Source of the DNA: Vicinamibacteria bacterium
GTDB taxonomy: Bacteria; Acidobacteriota; Vicinamibacteria; Marinacidobacterales; Marinacidobacteraceae
Length of the DNA stretch: 64,000 nt
Reading direction: 5' to 3'
Assembly: GCA_964291235.2 (NCBI GenBank)
Contig: OZ219815.1
Location: 960,001-1,024,000 of the forward strand
The notes under the pieces are model-generated. The model ran no database searches. It saw only the letters and a list, made by a program, of their open reading frames with translations, and was not told where the DNA came from. Both the position numbers and the translations under genes were made by a program. Each line of letters starts with the position of its first letter. The first letter of the stretch is position 1. Shown piece after piece: positions 1 to 11,497 of this stretch.

Positions 1-228
1 TTCGTGCGCCATCACGTGGCACCAGTGGCAACTCGAGTATCCGACGGACAGCAACACGGGGCAGTCGCGCCGGGCCGCCTCTTCGAAAGCGGCCGCACCC
101 CACGGCTGCCAGTGGACGGGGTTGTCCCGGTGCTGCAGGAGGTAGGGACTCGTCTCCCGGGCGAGCTGATTCGCCGCCCCGGCCGCGGCTTCCGGCGCCG
201 GCCGGTCGGGAGCGCGGTTGGAGGTCAG
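1..228 (-). CDS. Thioredoxin-domain protein, YyaL/SPATA20 family (5' part; runs off the window)
   Basis: Hand translation of the minus strand gives [26 protein letters not shown]...[18 protein letters not shown]. Not in the ORF track; probable CTG start overlapping the fabH stop (CTGA). Confidence 0.88.
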   Translation of the reverse strand, partial: MTSNRAPDRPAPEAAAGAANQLARETSPYLLQHRDNPVHWQPWGAAAFEEAARRDCPVLLSVGYSSCHWCHVMAHE

Positions 229-1295
229 AGGCCGGCGGAATCCGTCTCCGCCGCGTTGCCGCCGAGTCGTTCCCCACCCCAGCGGATCGCGGCGGTACCG
301 ATGGTGAGCCCGGCGCCGACCGAACTGAACAGGATCAGGTCTCCCGGGGACAACAGGGACCGATCGAGCGCGTCGCGAAGCGCGGTGGGAATCGAAGCCG
401 CCGTGGTGTTGCCGTACTTGTGGATGGTCTTGACCACCCGTTCCGGTGGGAGCTGGAGCCGCCGCGCGACGGCGTCGATGATCCGGGCGTTCGCCTGGTG
501 GCACACCAGGAAGGAAACCTCCTCGCGGGAGATCCCCAGTTCCGTCAACAGCTGGTCGGCGGCATCGGCGGAGTTCCGCACGGCGAAGCGGAAGACCGCC
601 TTTCCCTGTTGCTGCAGGAAGTGCTCCTTGCGATCCACGGTTTCGTGGGTGGGCGGGCGAGCACTGCCGCCCGCCGGCATCTTGAGGAGGTCGCACCCGG
701 AGCCGTCCACCTGGTTGTTGAACCCGAGGATGCCCTCGCCGTCCTCGGCGGCTTCGAGCAGCACCGCCCCGCCGGCGTCCCCGAACAGGATGCACGTCGC
801 GCGGTCCTCGTAGTTGGTGATCGAGCTCATGACGTCGGCTCCGATCACCAGCGCCCGCTCCACGGCCCCGCTGGCGACGAACTGGGTTCCCGCGGCGAGG
901 GCGAAGTTGAAGCCGCTGCAGGCCGCTGACAGATCGAATCCCCAGGCGCGCCGGGCGCCGATGCGGTCCTGGACCAGGCAGGCGGTGGATGGAAAACTCA
1001 TGTCCGGCGTCACGGTTGCCACCACGATCAGGTCAATGTCCTCCGCGGTGATTCCCCGCCGGCGCAGTGCGTCCTGAGCGGCGCGCGAGGCGAGGTGGGA
1101 GCAGCCGGTGCCCTTCTCCACAATGCGGCGCTCCCGGATACCGGTGCGCTCCTGGATCCACTGGTCGGAAGTGTCCACCATCTTCTCGAGGTCGTCGTTC
1201 GACAGCACCCGGTCCGGCAGATAGGCCCCGACCGAGGTAATTGCCACCCGGCGGATGGCCCGGGAGCGTTCTTTGGAGTCGGGGAGTTGGATCAA
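225..1295 (-). CDS. fabH: 3-oxoacyl-ACP synthase III
   Basis: AACSGF catalytic Cys, [12 protein letters not shown] and YGNT motifs. Confidence 0.95.
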   Translation of the reverse strand: MIQLPDSKERSRAIRRVAITSVGAYLPDRVLSNDDLEKMVDTSDQWIQERTGIRERRIVEKGTGCSHLASRAAQDALRRRGITAEDIDLIVVATVTPDMSFPSTACLVQDRIGARRAWGFDLSAACSGFNFALAAGTQFVASGAVERALVIGADVMSSITNYEDRATCILFGDAGGAVLLEAAEDGEGILGFNNQVDGSGCDLLKMPAGGSARPPTHETVDRKEHFLQQQGKAVFRFAVRNSADAADQLLTELGISREEVSFLVCHQANARIIDAVARRLQLPPERVVKTIHKYGNTTAASIPTALRDALDRSLLSPGDLILFSSVGAGLTIGTAAIRWGGERLGGNAAETDSAGL

Positions 1296-1425
1296 GAAAT
1301 TCTCGCCCCCTTGGGCGAAACGGGCGTCCAGGGTCGGTGAAGGACCGTGGATGGTACGTCAGAACGCACCGCGCCGGCGGCCGGGACGACGGCCGCCGCG
1401 GGCGCGCGGCGATAATGTGAGCGCC

Positions 1426-2142
1426 ATGACACCCACCGAGCCGGGGAGCCGTCCGCCCAGCGCGGCGGCGTTCTATGACCTCGACGGCACCCTGATTCGC
1501 ACGAATCTCGTGCATGTCCTCGGTTACTACGCCCGCAATGATCAGGGCCTGCTCCGGAGCCTCAAGTCGAGCGCATCGACGCTCGTCGGCATTCCGCTTT
1601 TTCTGGCGACGGATTTCTATAGCCGCAAACTCTTCAACGATCTCTTCTTCAAGTGGTACCGCGGCCAGTCCTACGACCGGCTCCGCTCCCTCGCGGAGGA
1701 TCTCTACCGGGACGTGATCCGCCCCGGCATCTTTCCGGGAACCCGGGCGCTCATCGAGCAGTCGCGACGGAGCGGTCTCCGCCAGGTCGTGGTCACGGGT
1801 GCGCTGGAAGTGTCCGTCCGTCCGTTGCTCGACGACCTCGGCATCACGGAATTCGTTGCGAACCGGCTGGAATTCGCGGACGGCCGCGCTACCGGCCGGC
1901 TCGCGCCACCCGTCATGGCGAGCGCGAGCAAGGCTCTGTGGATCCGCGAATATGCGGAGCGCGAGGGCCTGTCGCTGAACGATAGTTATGCCTACGCCGA
2001 CAGCATGTCCGATCTGCCCATGTTGAGCGTGGTGGGACATCCGACGGCCGCCAACCCCGATGTCCGATTGAGGAGCACGGCGCGGCACCACGATTGGCCG
2101 GTCATCGATCTGAGCCGGCCCAACCTCACCCCCGCCCTGTGA
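1426..2142 (+). CDS. HAD-IB family hydrolase (ElbB-like)
   Basis: FYDLDGTL motif I, VVTG, YADSMSDLPML...ANPD; start moved to ATG 1426. Confidence 0.88.
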   Translation: MTPTEPGSRPPSAAAFYDLDGTLIRTNLVHVLGYYARNDQGLLRSLKSSASTLVGIPLFLATDFYSRKLFNDLFFKWYRGQSYDRLRSLAEDLYRDVIRPGIFPGTRALIEQSRRSGLRQVVVTGALEVSVRPLLDDLGITEFVANRLEFADGRATGRLAPPVMASASKALWIREYAEREGLSLNDSYAYADSMSDLPMLSVVGHPTAANPDVRLRSTARHHDWPVIDLSRPNLTPAL

Positions 2143-2187
2143 CTTCGTCCCCGGGCTGCTAAGCCCTCCAGGAAGGACTTCCATTCC

Positions 2188-3786
2188 ATGACCCCCGCCC
2201 TGCGCCACAAGACCGATCCGGGCATCGTCTTCATCGACAACGATTCGGCCGCCCGCGTCCTGCACTACGGCGAGGATTTTCTGGAAGAACATCTCCCGGT
2301 AGGCACCCGGGTGATCTATCCGCCGCCGCCGATCCGCGGCCTGCCGAATCCCCGCGGCGCGATACGGCACGCGCTGAATCATCCGCTCGGCTGCGATCCG
2401 CTCTACGCCCAGTTGCGTCCCGGAATGCGGGTCACGATCGCTCTCGACGACATCAGCCTCCCGCTGCCGCCGATGGCGACCCCCGATGTCCGCCAGACCG
2501 CCCTCGAGATCGTGCTTGAAATGCTCGGCGACCACGGGGTGGACGACGTTCATCTGATCATCGCGAACTCCCTGCATCGGAAGATGACCGAATCGGAAAT
2601 GCGCCGGATGGTGGGCCCGGACATCCACAAGGCGTTCCACCCGAATCGCTATTACAACCACGATGCCGAGGATCCGAACGGCATGGTCCCGCTCGGAAAG
2701 ACCAGGCACGGGGAGCCGGTGCGGGTCAATCGCCGGGTGACGGAGAGCGACCTCGTCATCTACCTGAACATCAACCTCGTTCCCATGGACGGGGGGCACA
2801 AGTCGGTGACGGTGGGACTTTGCGACTACGAGAGCCTGCGGCCGCATCACGAGCCGCAGACCATCCGCGATTCCGACGGTTACATGGATCCGGCCCGCTC
2901 CGCGCTCAGCCGCAAGGTGGACCGGATGGGGAAGATCGTGGACCGGCACCTGAACGTGTTTCACGTGGAAACGGTCCTCAACAACCGGATGTACTCGGAC
3001 GCCCTTTCCTTCCTGGGGAAGGACGAGGATGAGTTCAGCGATCTCGATCGGCTGAAGCTCGCGGGAACGCGCTGGTCGCTCAGCCGTCTGCCGCCGGCGG
3101 CGAAGCGGAAATTCCTCCACCGCATCCCGGGAGCCTTTGAACTCATCGGCTGCTATGCGGGCCGGACGGAACCGGTTCACGAGCGCACCCTCGAGCGTTC
3201 CTTCCAGCAGTACGCCGTCCCGGTGAAGGGGCAGTGCGACATCCTGCTTTCCGGGATTCCCTATATCTCGCCCTACAACGTGAACTCGATCCTGAACCCG
3301 CTGCTCGTGCAGGTGATGGGGCCCGGCTATCTCTTCAACCTCTATCGGGGCAAACCGTTGATCAAGAAGGGCGGCACGCTCATCCTCGCCCATCCCTGCC
3401 ACGACGAATTCGATCCTCTCTTCCATCCCAGTTACATCGAATTCTTCCACCGGTTGCTCCCGGAGACGCGGGATCCGTTCGTCCTGCGGACCAAGTACGA
3501 GGAGGAGTTCGCCCACAATCCGTCCTACGTCCAGATGTACCGGGACGGGAACGCGTACCACGGGGCCCACCCGTTCTTCATGTGGTACTGGGGCGAAAAC
3601 GGGCGTCAGCACGTCGGGCGGATCATCGTGGCCGGCGCGAAGAACCAGCACGTTCCCGAGATCCTCGGTTGGGAGTCGGCGGAGACGGTGACCGAAGCCA
3701 TCGCGATGGCGCGGAGCACCCACGGCCGCTCCGCGGAGATCTCGATGCTCCACGTCCCGCCGATCATGATCCCCGACGTGTCCTGA
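2188..3786 (+). CDS. Lactate racemase-domain (DUF2088/LarA-like) protein (ElbC-like)
   Basis: [27 protein letters not shown] and GGHKS motifs; lies between the HAD gene and the elbD-like gene. Confidence 0.8.
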   Translation: MTPALRHKTDPGIVFIDNDSAARVLHYGEDFLEEHLPVGTRVIYPPPPIRGLPNPRGAIRHALNHPLGCDPLYAQLRPGMRVTIALDDISLPLPPMATPDVRQTALEIVLEMLGDHGVDDVHLIIANSLHRKMTESEMRRMVGPDIHKAFHPNRYYNHDAEDPNGMVPLGKTRHGEPVRVNRRVTESDLVIYLNINLVPMDGGHKSVTVGLCDYESLRPHHEPQTIRDSDGYMDPARSALSRKVDRMGKIVDRHLNVFHVETVLNNRMYSDALSFLGKDEDEFSDLDRLKLAGTRWSLSRLPPAAKRKFLHRIPGAFELIGCYAGRTEPVHERTLERSFQQYAVPVKGQCDILLSGIPYISPYNVNSILNPLLVQVMGPGYLFNLYRGKPLIKKGGTLILAHPCHDEFDPLFHPSYIEFFHRLLPETRDPFVLRTKYEEEFAHNPSYVQMYRDGNAYHGAHPFFMWYWGENGRQHVGRIIVAGAKNQHVPEILGWESAETVTEAIAMARSTHGRSAEISMLHVPPIMIPDVS

Positions 3787-3792
3787 CCCGTC

Positions 3793-6700
3793 GTGCCTTC
3801 CCAGAACCCGCGCCCCCGGATCCACGTGGGCGAGGCCTTCTCCGGCCGGAGCATCCTGTTTCTTGGCGGGACCGGTTTTCTGGGCAAGGTGTGCCTCGGG
3901 ATGCTCCTGGAGTTTTTTCCGGAGATTCGGCGCGTTTACCTCATGGTTCGCGCCGCGGGCGAGGCGGAAAGCCGGGTCCGGTTCCAGGACATCATGGACA
4001 ACTCCCCGGCGCTCTCGCCGCTCCGCGAGCGCCACGGGGCCGGCCTGTGGGATTTTCTGAACGAAAAGGTCGTCGTCCTCGGCGGAGACATCACGAGCGA
4101 CAACCTCGGCTACTCGGACGAACGAGCCGCCGAGATCGCGGCGGACATCGATCTCGTCCTCAACTGTTCGGGCCGGGTGACGTTCAACCCGTCCCTGGAG
4201 GCGGCCCTCCAGACCAACGTCCACGGGACGAGGAACACCATTGCCTTCGCCCGGCGAATGAAGCGGCCGGCCCTCGTCCACATCAGCACCTGCTTTGTCG
4301 CCGGAATGCGTTCCGGCGAGATTCGGGAGGACGAGCCGCTGATCGGCTACTTCCCGCGGCGCGACCGCGAGGACCAGGACTTCTCGGTGGAAAAGGAAAT
4401 CGAGGACTGCGAACGCCTTGCGGTGCGGGTTCGCGACGAGGCTGAGGACAAGTCGCGCGTGGATGCCTTCCAGGAAGCGGCCCGCCGCCGGTTCGCCGAG
4501 GAAGGGCGCGACCCGGACGATGCGCGGGCGCTCTCACTCGCTATCGCCCGGGAGCGGAAGGAATGGATCCGCCGCCGGCTCCGCGACCTCGGCATCGAAA
4601 AGGCCCAGGGTTGGGGCTGGCCGAACATCTATACCTACACGAAGAGCCTGGGCGACCAGCTCGTCGCCGGTGCGGAGGGGGTCGCCCGCGCGATCGTTCG
4701 CCCCGCGGTGGTGGAAAGCGCCCTTTCCTTCCCGCACACCGGATGGAACGAGGGCTTTACCACCAGCGCTCCGCTGGTGAGGATGGCCCTCCGCGGCCAG
4801 AACCTCTTCCCGGTTGGCCCCGGGGTGGTCCTGGACGTCGTGCCGGTGGACCTCGTTGCTTCGGCCACCCTTGCGGTCGCCGCCGAAACCATCGTCTCGG
4901 AACCCCGCCTCGTCTATCAGGTAGCCGGCGGCGACCGGAATCCGGCGCGGGTCGAGAGGCTCGTGGACCTGGTCGGGATCTACAAGCGCCGTCACTTCCG
5001 CGACAAACCCACCGGGGTAAAGCTCTGGAACGAGGCGCTGGCCCGGATGGAGGCGCAGGCGGTCCGGGCGGACCGCTTCGAAAAACACACCCTCGAATGG
5101 ATGCGCCGCTCCGCATCGGCGCTCTCCGGCGTCCTCGAGCGCACGAGCGGCGAGCCGATCGGTCCCCTGGTGGGGGTCGTCGAATCCCTTCAGCGGAACG
5201 TGGATTCCTTCGAGGACTTCGTCACCCAGGGCGAGCGGCAGTACCACACGTTCCGGCCGTTCATTGCCGGGGAAGAGTTCATCTTCCGCGCGGACAACAC
5301 CCGGGATCTCTTCTCCCGTCTCGACGGAAACGACGGAAAACTCTTTTTCAATCCCGAGGAAATCGACTGGTACGACTACTGGCTCCACGTACACCTGCCG
5401 GGGCTCGAGAAGTGGGTCTTTCCGGCGCTCGAAGATCAGGAGCGTGGCCAGCGACGGGCGCAGCGGCGCGTCTATACCTACCGGACGATCAACGAGCTGT
5501 TCGAGGCGTGCACGAAGAACCACGCGGGCCGGGTCGCCATGCGAATCACCCGCGGCGGCCGCGAGGAGCGGTACACCTACTCCGATCTCCGGGAGTGTGT
5601 CGTCCGGGGCGCAGCGTTTCTGGCCGCCCGGGGACTCGGGGCGGGCGATCACATCGGGCTGATCGGCGAGAACTCGCCGGAGTGGGGCATGGCGTATTTC
5701 GCCATCCAGCGGATCGGGGCGACCGCGATCCCTCTCGAGCGCGACCTGCGGCGGCAGGAGATCCACCGGCTGCTCCGCCTGGGAGACGCCAAGGCCGTCT
5801 TGATGGGCGACTCACTCTACGAGCGGCATTCCGGACTCTCCAGCGACAACGGCTCCGAGCCGCCGGTGGCGGCGCATCCGTTTCGGGAAGTCTTCGCGCT
5901 GAGGCCGGAAACCGCGGACGAAGCGGAGGCTCCGGGGCCGGTGCGGACCAGTCCGGCGGCGCTGGCCTCCATCCTCTTTACTTCCGGAACGACCGGTACG
6001 CCGAAGGGTGTGATGCTGACGCACCGGAACTTCACCTCGCTGGTCGCGAAGCTGCTTTCCATTTACGACATCGGCGAGAAGGACGGCGCGCTCAGCATCC
6101 TGCCGCTCCACCATTCGTTCGAATTCACCACCGGTTTCCTGCTTCCACTCTCGCGGGGTGCGCAGATCGCCTATCTGGACGAGGTCGGTCCGGAGACGAT
6201 CAATGCCGAACTGGCCAAGGGACACACCACCTGCATCGTGGGGGTTCCGGCGCTATGGGATCTGATGCGGCGGCGCATTCTGGCCCCCTTCGCGGAGCGG
6301 TCGCCGCGGGCGGAGGATCTCGCCACCGCCCTGATTGACGCCGCGCACCTGCTGAGGGAAGACACCGGGGTCAACATCGGCCCCGCGGTGTTCCTTCCCG
6401 TGCACACCGCGCTCGGGGGAAGGATCCGCTATCTCATCAGCGGCGCTGCGGCCCTTTCCGAGGCGACCTGGAAGGCTTTTCGGGGCCTCGGATTCCACAT
6501 CGCCCAGGGATACGGTCTTACGGAGGCCGCGCCCGTGTTGACGGTTACCCCGCCGGACGGCCCGGTCCCGCTCGGCAGCGTCGGCAAGGCGCTTCCCGGC
6601 GTCGAAATCCGCATCGTGGACCCGGATGCTTCGGGTGTCGGCGAGGTCGCCGCCAAGGGCCCGAACGTCATGGCCGGGTACTACGGGAACGAGGAAGCGA

Positions 6701-8218
6701 CCGCGGAAGCGCTTCGGGGCGGTTGGCTCTACACGGGCGACCTGGGACGGCTCGACGAGGCGGGACACCTCTTCCTGGTCGGTCGTCGCAAGGACGTCAT
6801 CGTGGACAGCGGCGGGAAGAACATCTACCCGGACGAAGTGGAGGAAATCTACGCGGCGCCCGAGTTGATCGGCGAACTTGCCGTCGTTGGACTTCCCGAC
6901 GGGATGGCCGAACAGGTGGCGGCGGTTGTCGTCCCCAAGGAGCAGACCGCGGAAGGGAGGCAGCGCGTCGAGAACCACTTCCGTTCCGTCTCGTCCCGGC
7001 TGCCACTGCACAAGCGCGTCAAGACGGTCGAATTCCGCGACGAAGCGCTTCCCCGAACCGCGACGCGCAAGGTGAAGCGCGCCGAGCTGGTGCGCTGGTT
7101 AGGCGACCGGCGGCGGGCAGCGGCCGCGGAAGCCGGAGAAGAGGCCGTTTCCGGGAATCGGATCCTTGAACTCGTGGCGTCCATCTGCGAGAGGCCGGTG
7201 TCCGAGATTCGGGCCTCGTCTTCCTTTGCGGAGCTTGGCTTCGACAGCCTGATGTACAACGAACTCGCGGCGGAACTCGAGAGCGAATTCGGGGAGTCGT
7301 CAACGCCCGAAGCGCTCGCCAACATGAACACCATCTCGGAGCTGGTGCTCGCCATCCGGACGCCCCGCGCGGGCGCCAGGACGCGCCGCGCCCGCCGTCC
7401 CGAATCCGCCAGGAAGCGCGAGAAGGACGAGATCGAGATTCCGCCCGCGGTGGCGCGCGCCGGACGGCACACGCTTACCGAAGTCCAGCGGTGGTTCTAC
7501 CACCAGGTTCTGGAGCCGACCTTCACGGGCCGTGCGCACATTCCGAATCACACGAACTATCTCGTCGTGGCGAATCACTCGTCGCACCTGGACATGGGGC
7601 TCGTAAAGATGGCTCTCGGCGAAGCGGGCTCGAACCTGGTGGCGCTCGCGGCTGCCGATTACTTCTTCGACAACCGCGTGAAGCGGACGTTCTTCGGCAA
7701 TTTCACGAATCTCGTCCCCATGGAGCGCCGCGGCTCCCTCCGCGAGTCATTGGACCGGGCCGCCGCATACCTCAATCAGGGGCTACAGCGTGCTCGTGTT
7801 CCCCGAAGGAACACGCTCGCGGAGCGGCCGGATTCAGCCGTTCCGCCGCGGTTTTGCGCATCTGGCGTTTCGCTGCCGGATCGGCGTCCTGCCGATCCAT
7901 CTCGACACCTGGAACGCGTTTCCGCCGGGCGCGGTCGGCCTCCGATCGCGGACGATAGCGGCACGCATCGGGCCCTTCCTTTCGCATGATTTTCTGGCTC
8001 GATTCGCCGGGGGAGGCGTTCGCACGGCGGTGGCGGAGCAGCGAGTGACCGCTTTCGTGCAAACGATCGTCGAGCGCCTGGGCCGGCAGGAACCCGTGCA
8101 GTTCGAGCAGGAAGCGGCGCGCATCCTCCAGGACGAGCCGGCGAAGGACACCGACCCTCCGCGCCCCGCCGCTCCGCCCGCGGCAGAACCGATGCCCGAC
8201 CCGACCCCGATCGGTTGA
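3793..8218 (+). CDS. elbD: ElbD-like multidomain enzyme (acyl reductase - acyl-CoA synthetase - ACP - acyltransferase), frameshifted at about 7779-7782
   Basis: GGTGFLGK and YTYTK (FAR); FTSGTTGTPKG, GYGLTE, YTGDLG (AMP-binding); LGFDSL (ACP); NHSSHLD (acyltransferase). The FPEGTRS block continues in another frame (ORF 7790..8218). Confidence 0.85.
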
Positions 8219-8236
8219 TCCCGAGCGGTTAGCGCA

Positions 8237-9238
8237 GTGACGTCGCCTCCCGTGCCCCGGACGCTGGTCACCGGCGCGACCGGCTTCCTGGGCAGCCACC
8301 TGATGCCTCTGCTCCTCGAGGGAGGAGAGCCCATCCGGGTGCTGGCCCGGCAACCCGCACCGGATCTCTCGGCCAGGGGCGTCGAGGTGATGATTGGTGA
8401 CGTGGCTTCCGGGGCCGGGCTGGATGCGGCGCTCGACGGAGTCCGCCGGGTCTTCCATCTGGCTGGCCGGGTCTCACGGGATCCGGAAGCCGCCGCCAGT
8501 CTTTCGCGGGTGCACGTAGATGGCACCCGCACCCTGGCCCACGCTGCCCGCCGGGCGGGAGTGGAGCGGATCCTGCTCGTATCGACGAGCGGAACGATTG
8601 CGGTGTCCTGCGACCCCGAACCCGACTGTGACGAAACGGCGCCCGTTCCCATCGAACAGATCGGGCGCTGGCCGTACTACCGGAGCAAGTGGCTGCAAGA
8701 GCGGGCGCTCCTGGCGGATGCCGGGGAAATCGAGGTCGTGATCGTGAATCCCTCGCTGCTGCTCGGGCCGGGTGACGAACGGCTGTCCTCGACCGGAGAC
8801 GTGCTTCGGTTTCTTTCCGGCCAGGTCAGCGTGGTTCCGCCCGGCGGGTTGAACTTCGTGGACGTCCGGGATGCCGCCGCCGGGGTCGCGGCTGCCATGA
8901 CCAAGGGCCGCAGCGGCCAGCGGTACCTGCTGGGCGGTCACAACTGGAGCTTTGCGGATTTCTTTCTCCGGCTTGGAGAGGTGTCCGGATCCCCCGCGCC
9001 GCGCGTACGCCTCCCGCGCGGTCTCTATACCGCCGGCGCGCTGTTGACGGAGGAAGTAGCGCGGCAGATCGGACGCGAACCGGCGGTGGATCGCGTCAGC
9101 CGGGAGATGGCCGCCTGCTACTGGTACTTCAGTTCGGAGAAGGCGACCCGGGAATTGGGCCACGATCCCCGCGACGGGCGGGTCACCCTGCTGGAGACCG
9201 TGAACTGGCTTCAGGGGAAGGATCCGGGGCTCTCCTGA
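8237..9238 (+). CDS. NAD-dependent epimerase/dehydratase (ElbE-like)
   Basis: TGATGFLG, HLAG, YYRSK, VDVRD. Confidence 0.85.
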   Translation: MTSPPVPRTLVTGATGFLGSHLMPLLLEGGEPIRVLARQPAPDLSARGVEVMIGDVASGAGLDAALDGVRRVFHLAGRVSRDPEAAASLSRVHVDGTRTLAHAARRAGVERILLVSTSGTIAVSCDPEPDCDETAPVPIEQIGRWPYYRSKWLQERALLADAGEIEVVIVNPSLLLGPGDERLSSTGDVLRFLSGQVSVVPPGGLNFVDVRDAAAGVAAAMTKGRSGQRYLLGGHNWSFADFFLRLGEVSGSPAPRVRLPRGLYTAGALLTEEVARQIGREPAVDRVSREMAACYWYFSSEKATRELGHDPRDGRVTLLETVNWLQGKDPGLS

Positions 9239-10145
9239 TCCGGACGGCGCCGGGCCTCACCGACAACTTCAGTTCGTCCCGCCAGCGGATGACATCTCCA
9301 TCCACCTCGGAGAGCAGTTCGCGGCCGGATCCGGCGCGGAAGGAATCGAGCGTCCCGATCACCGCGCACGCGATCCGGTGATGCTCGATCTCGCGCCGTC
9401 CGAAATGCGCCCCCCGGGTGAGGCGGGCTACTGCATCCACCACCGCCAGCGGACCGAGCGGCCCGATGATGACCGCGTCCAGGCGGCCGTCGCCGGGATC
9501 GGCGGCTGGAGCGAGGGGAATCCCACCGCCAAACCGGCGTGAGTTGAGGACCGTGAGGTCCAACAGCGTGCGGGGCCGCGGCGGGGTCTCGTCGAGGCCG
9601 ACGCGGAGCGACAACGGCTGGAAGACGCTGATTTCGCGGACCGCGGCCGCTGCGTAGGTCGCCCGGCCGAGGCCACGGCCGGCGGAGGCTCTCGCGGCAA
9701 CCGAGGCGGCGAGACCCAGCGAAAAGCTGTTCAGGAAGAAACGGGATGTCCCGGCGGTGTCCTCGATGTACCCGAGATCCGTGGGCAGCGCCGGCGTGCG
9801 GCGCAGGAAAGCGGCTGCTTCCGGGAGGCGGGAAGGGATTCCCGCCGCGCCCGCGAAGTCGTTCCCCGTACCACTGGAAAGCAGACCAAGTTCTGCGCTT
9901 CCGCCGGACCCGGCCAGACCGCGGGCCACCTCGGAGGCGGTGCCGTCCCCCCCGTAAGCGATCAACAAGGAGCGCGTGTGCGCTTCTGTCCGGGCGACCG
10001 CTTCCGCGTGGCCCGGCGCTTCGGTCCACACGAGATCGTGTGGGCCAAGCCTCTCGGTGAGAACCGCGGCCGCCGCCCGCCAGCGATCGCGACTGCTCCC
10101 GCCCCCGGCCTCGGGATTGGCAATCACCAGGGGAAGACTGCTCAT
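9183..10145 (-). CDS. Diacylglycerol kinase family (YegS/DAGK) lipid kinase
   Basis: NPEAG, GGDGT, GTGNDFA, FGGG, EVDGD. Confidence 0.92.
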   Translation of the reverse strand: MSSLPLVIANPEAGGGSSRDRWRAAAAVLTERLGPHDLVWTEAPGHAEAVARTEAHTRSLLIAYGGDGTASEVARGLAGSGGSAELGLLSSGTGNDFAGAAGIPSRLPEAAAFLRRTPALPTDLGYIEDTAGTSRFFLNSFSLGLAASVAARASAGRGLGRATYAAAAVREISVFQPLSLRVGLDETPPRPRTLLDLTVLNSRRFGGGIPLAPAADPGDGRLDAVIIGPLGPLAVVDAVARLTRGAHFGRREIEHHRIACAVIGTLDSFRAGSGRELLSEVDGDVIRWRDELKLSVRPGAVRIRRAPDPSPEASSRSPAG

Positions 10146-10319
10146 CTCGACGGGGCGATCCCGAATATGCTACGAGCCTCTCGGCGCGGCGGGGCGAGCG
10201 GCCCGCTCTGACCGAGTGCCCTTGCCCGAATCTCTCTTGATGGCGCCCGTCCCGGCTCCCCCGCCCCGCCTGGAGCGCCGGCGAGCCGGGACTCCCCTCA
10301 CACTTCGATCCGACGTCGC

Positions 10320-11051
10320 ATGAACCGGTTGTTTCATCATCTGGGCCGTTTCCTGGCCTCGCTCATGGCGGCGATTCGGGACGGCATTGCGCGCGGGATC
10401 ATACGGGCGCGCGTTCCCGCCAATGCCGTCACCCTCGCCGGTCCGGTAGCCATGACGTTCATCTTCTGGCCGCTGATCGAAGGAGACCAGTGGATGGCTG
10501 GTTGGGTCGGCCTGCTCGCGATCACCTTCGACGCCCTGGACGGAGCCGTTGCCCGGGTGTCCCGCAGGGTGACGCGCTTCGGTGCGTACCTGGATTCGGT
10601 GGTGGACCGCTACGCGGACATTTTGCTCATGTTCGCGCTGCTGGCCTACCTGATCATCTACGTCGAGCCGTCCGAACGCACTGCCTGGTTCATCATCTGG
10701 TGTTTCGCCACCGCGGGCACCGTGGTGACGTCGTATGCCCGCGCCCGCGCCGAAAACGTGATTCCCGGCTGTGCCATCGGATTCCTGGAACGTCCGGAGC
10801 GCACCGTGGGGATCATCGTCGGGCTCGTTACCGGGAACGTCCATCTTTCGTTGATCGTGGTAGCGATTTTCGGCAACCTGATCGCGGCACAGCGGATCTA
10901 CTACACCCGCGCCATCCTCGATGGTCGGACGCCCGCGTCCGGGTTCCGTTTCTGGACCTATCGCCGCGGCAGTGCGGAGCACGCGATGCTGAGCACCGCG
11001 TGTTTCTTCTTCATCGTCCTTGGACACCTGCTGATTCCGGCGCCTGCCTGA
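10320..11051 (+). CDS. CDP-alcohol phosphatidyltransferase (PIP-synthase-like)
   Basis: DALDGAVAR...FGAYLDSVVDRYAD signature; SYARARAE and GFLERPER; multiple TM segments. Confidence 0.9.
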   Translation: MNRLFHHLGRFLASLMAAIRDGIARGIIRARVPANAVTLAGPVAMTFIFWPLIEGDQWMAGWVGLLAITFDALDGAVARVSRRVTRFGAYLDSVVDRYADILLMFALLAYLIIYVEPSERTAWFIIWCFATAGTVVTSYARARAENVIPGCAIGFLERPERTVGIIVGLVTGNVHLSLIVVAIFGNLIAAQRIYYTRAILDGRTPASGFRFWTYRRGSAEHAMLSTACFFFIVLGHLLIPAPA

Positions 11052-11181
11052 ACGGGCAGCACCCAAGAAAAAACCCCGCTGCCGCCGGGCGGCTGCGGGC
11101 CGGTACGACGACCGCCGGAGAACGCGAGGTGCGTCTCCGGCGGCGCCGACAGCGGGTCGTCTGGTTGGACCCTAGGAGCAA

Positions 11182-11451
11182 CTACTCGACGTAGCTGTAA
11201 CCGCAGTTCTCGCAGGTCCAGGTCCGTCCCTGGCGGTACATGAGAGCGCCGCACTGCGGGCACGCCCGCGTATCCTCGTCCCCGGGGTTCTCGCCGAAGA
11301 GAGCGTCGTAGTCGATTTCTTCTTCGGTTTCTTCGTCTTCCTTCTTCTCTTCTTCCTGCTGCTGGGCAGCCGCAAACGAGGCGGCGCCCACCACGCCAGC
11401 GAAGGCGAAGCCGGCCCTCCTGAGGAATGCGCGACGGTTCAGGTCGTCCAT
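11182..11451 (-). CDS. Small Tat-signal protein with acidic linker and C-terminal CxxC...CxxC zinc ribbon
   Basis: LNRRAFLRR plus hydrophobic stretch plus AAA; CPQCG...CENCG; AGGAG RBS upstream. Confidence 0.8.
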   Translation of the reverse strand: MDDLNRRAFLRRAGFAFAGVVGAASFAAAQQQEEEKKEDEETEEEIDYDALFGENPGDEDTRACPQCGALMYRQGRTWTCENCGYSYVE

Positions 11452-11497
11452 TTTCGTAATCTCCTGATGTTCGTGAATTGGGACTGCTGGCTGAGCC

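Noticed and set aside
1033-4281. Long antisense ORFs (for example 1082 aa here, 965 aa at 53719-56616, 578 aa at 42894-44630)
   Set aside because: Shadow frames of real genes in high-GC DNA; no motifs
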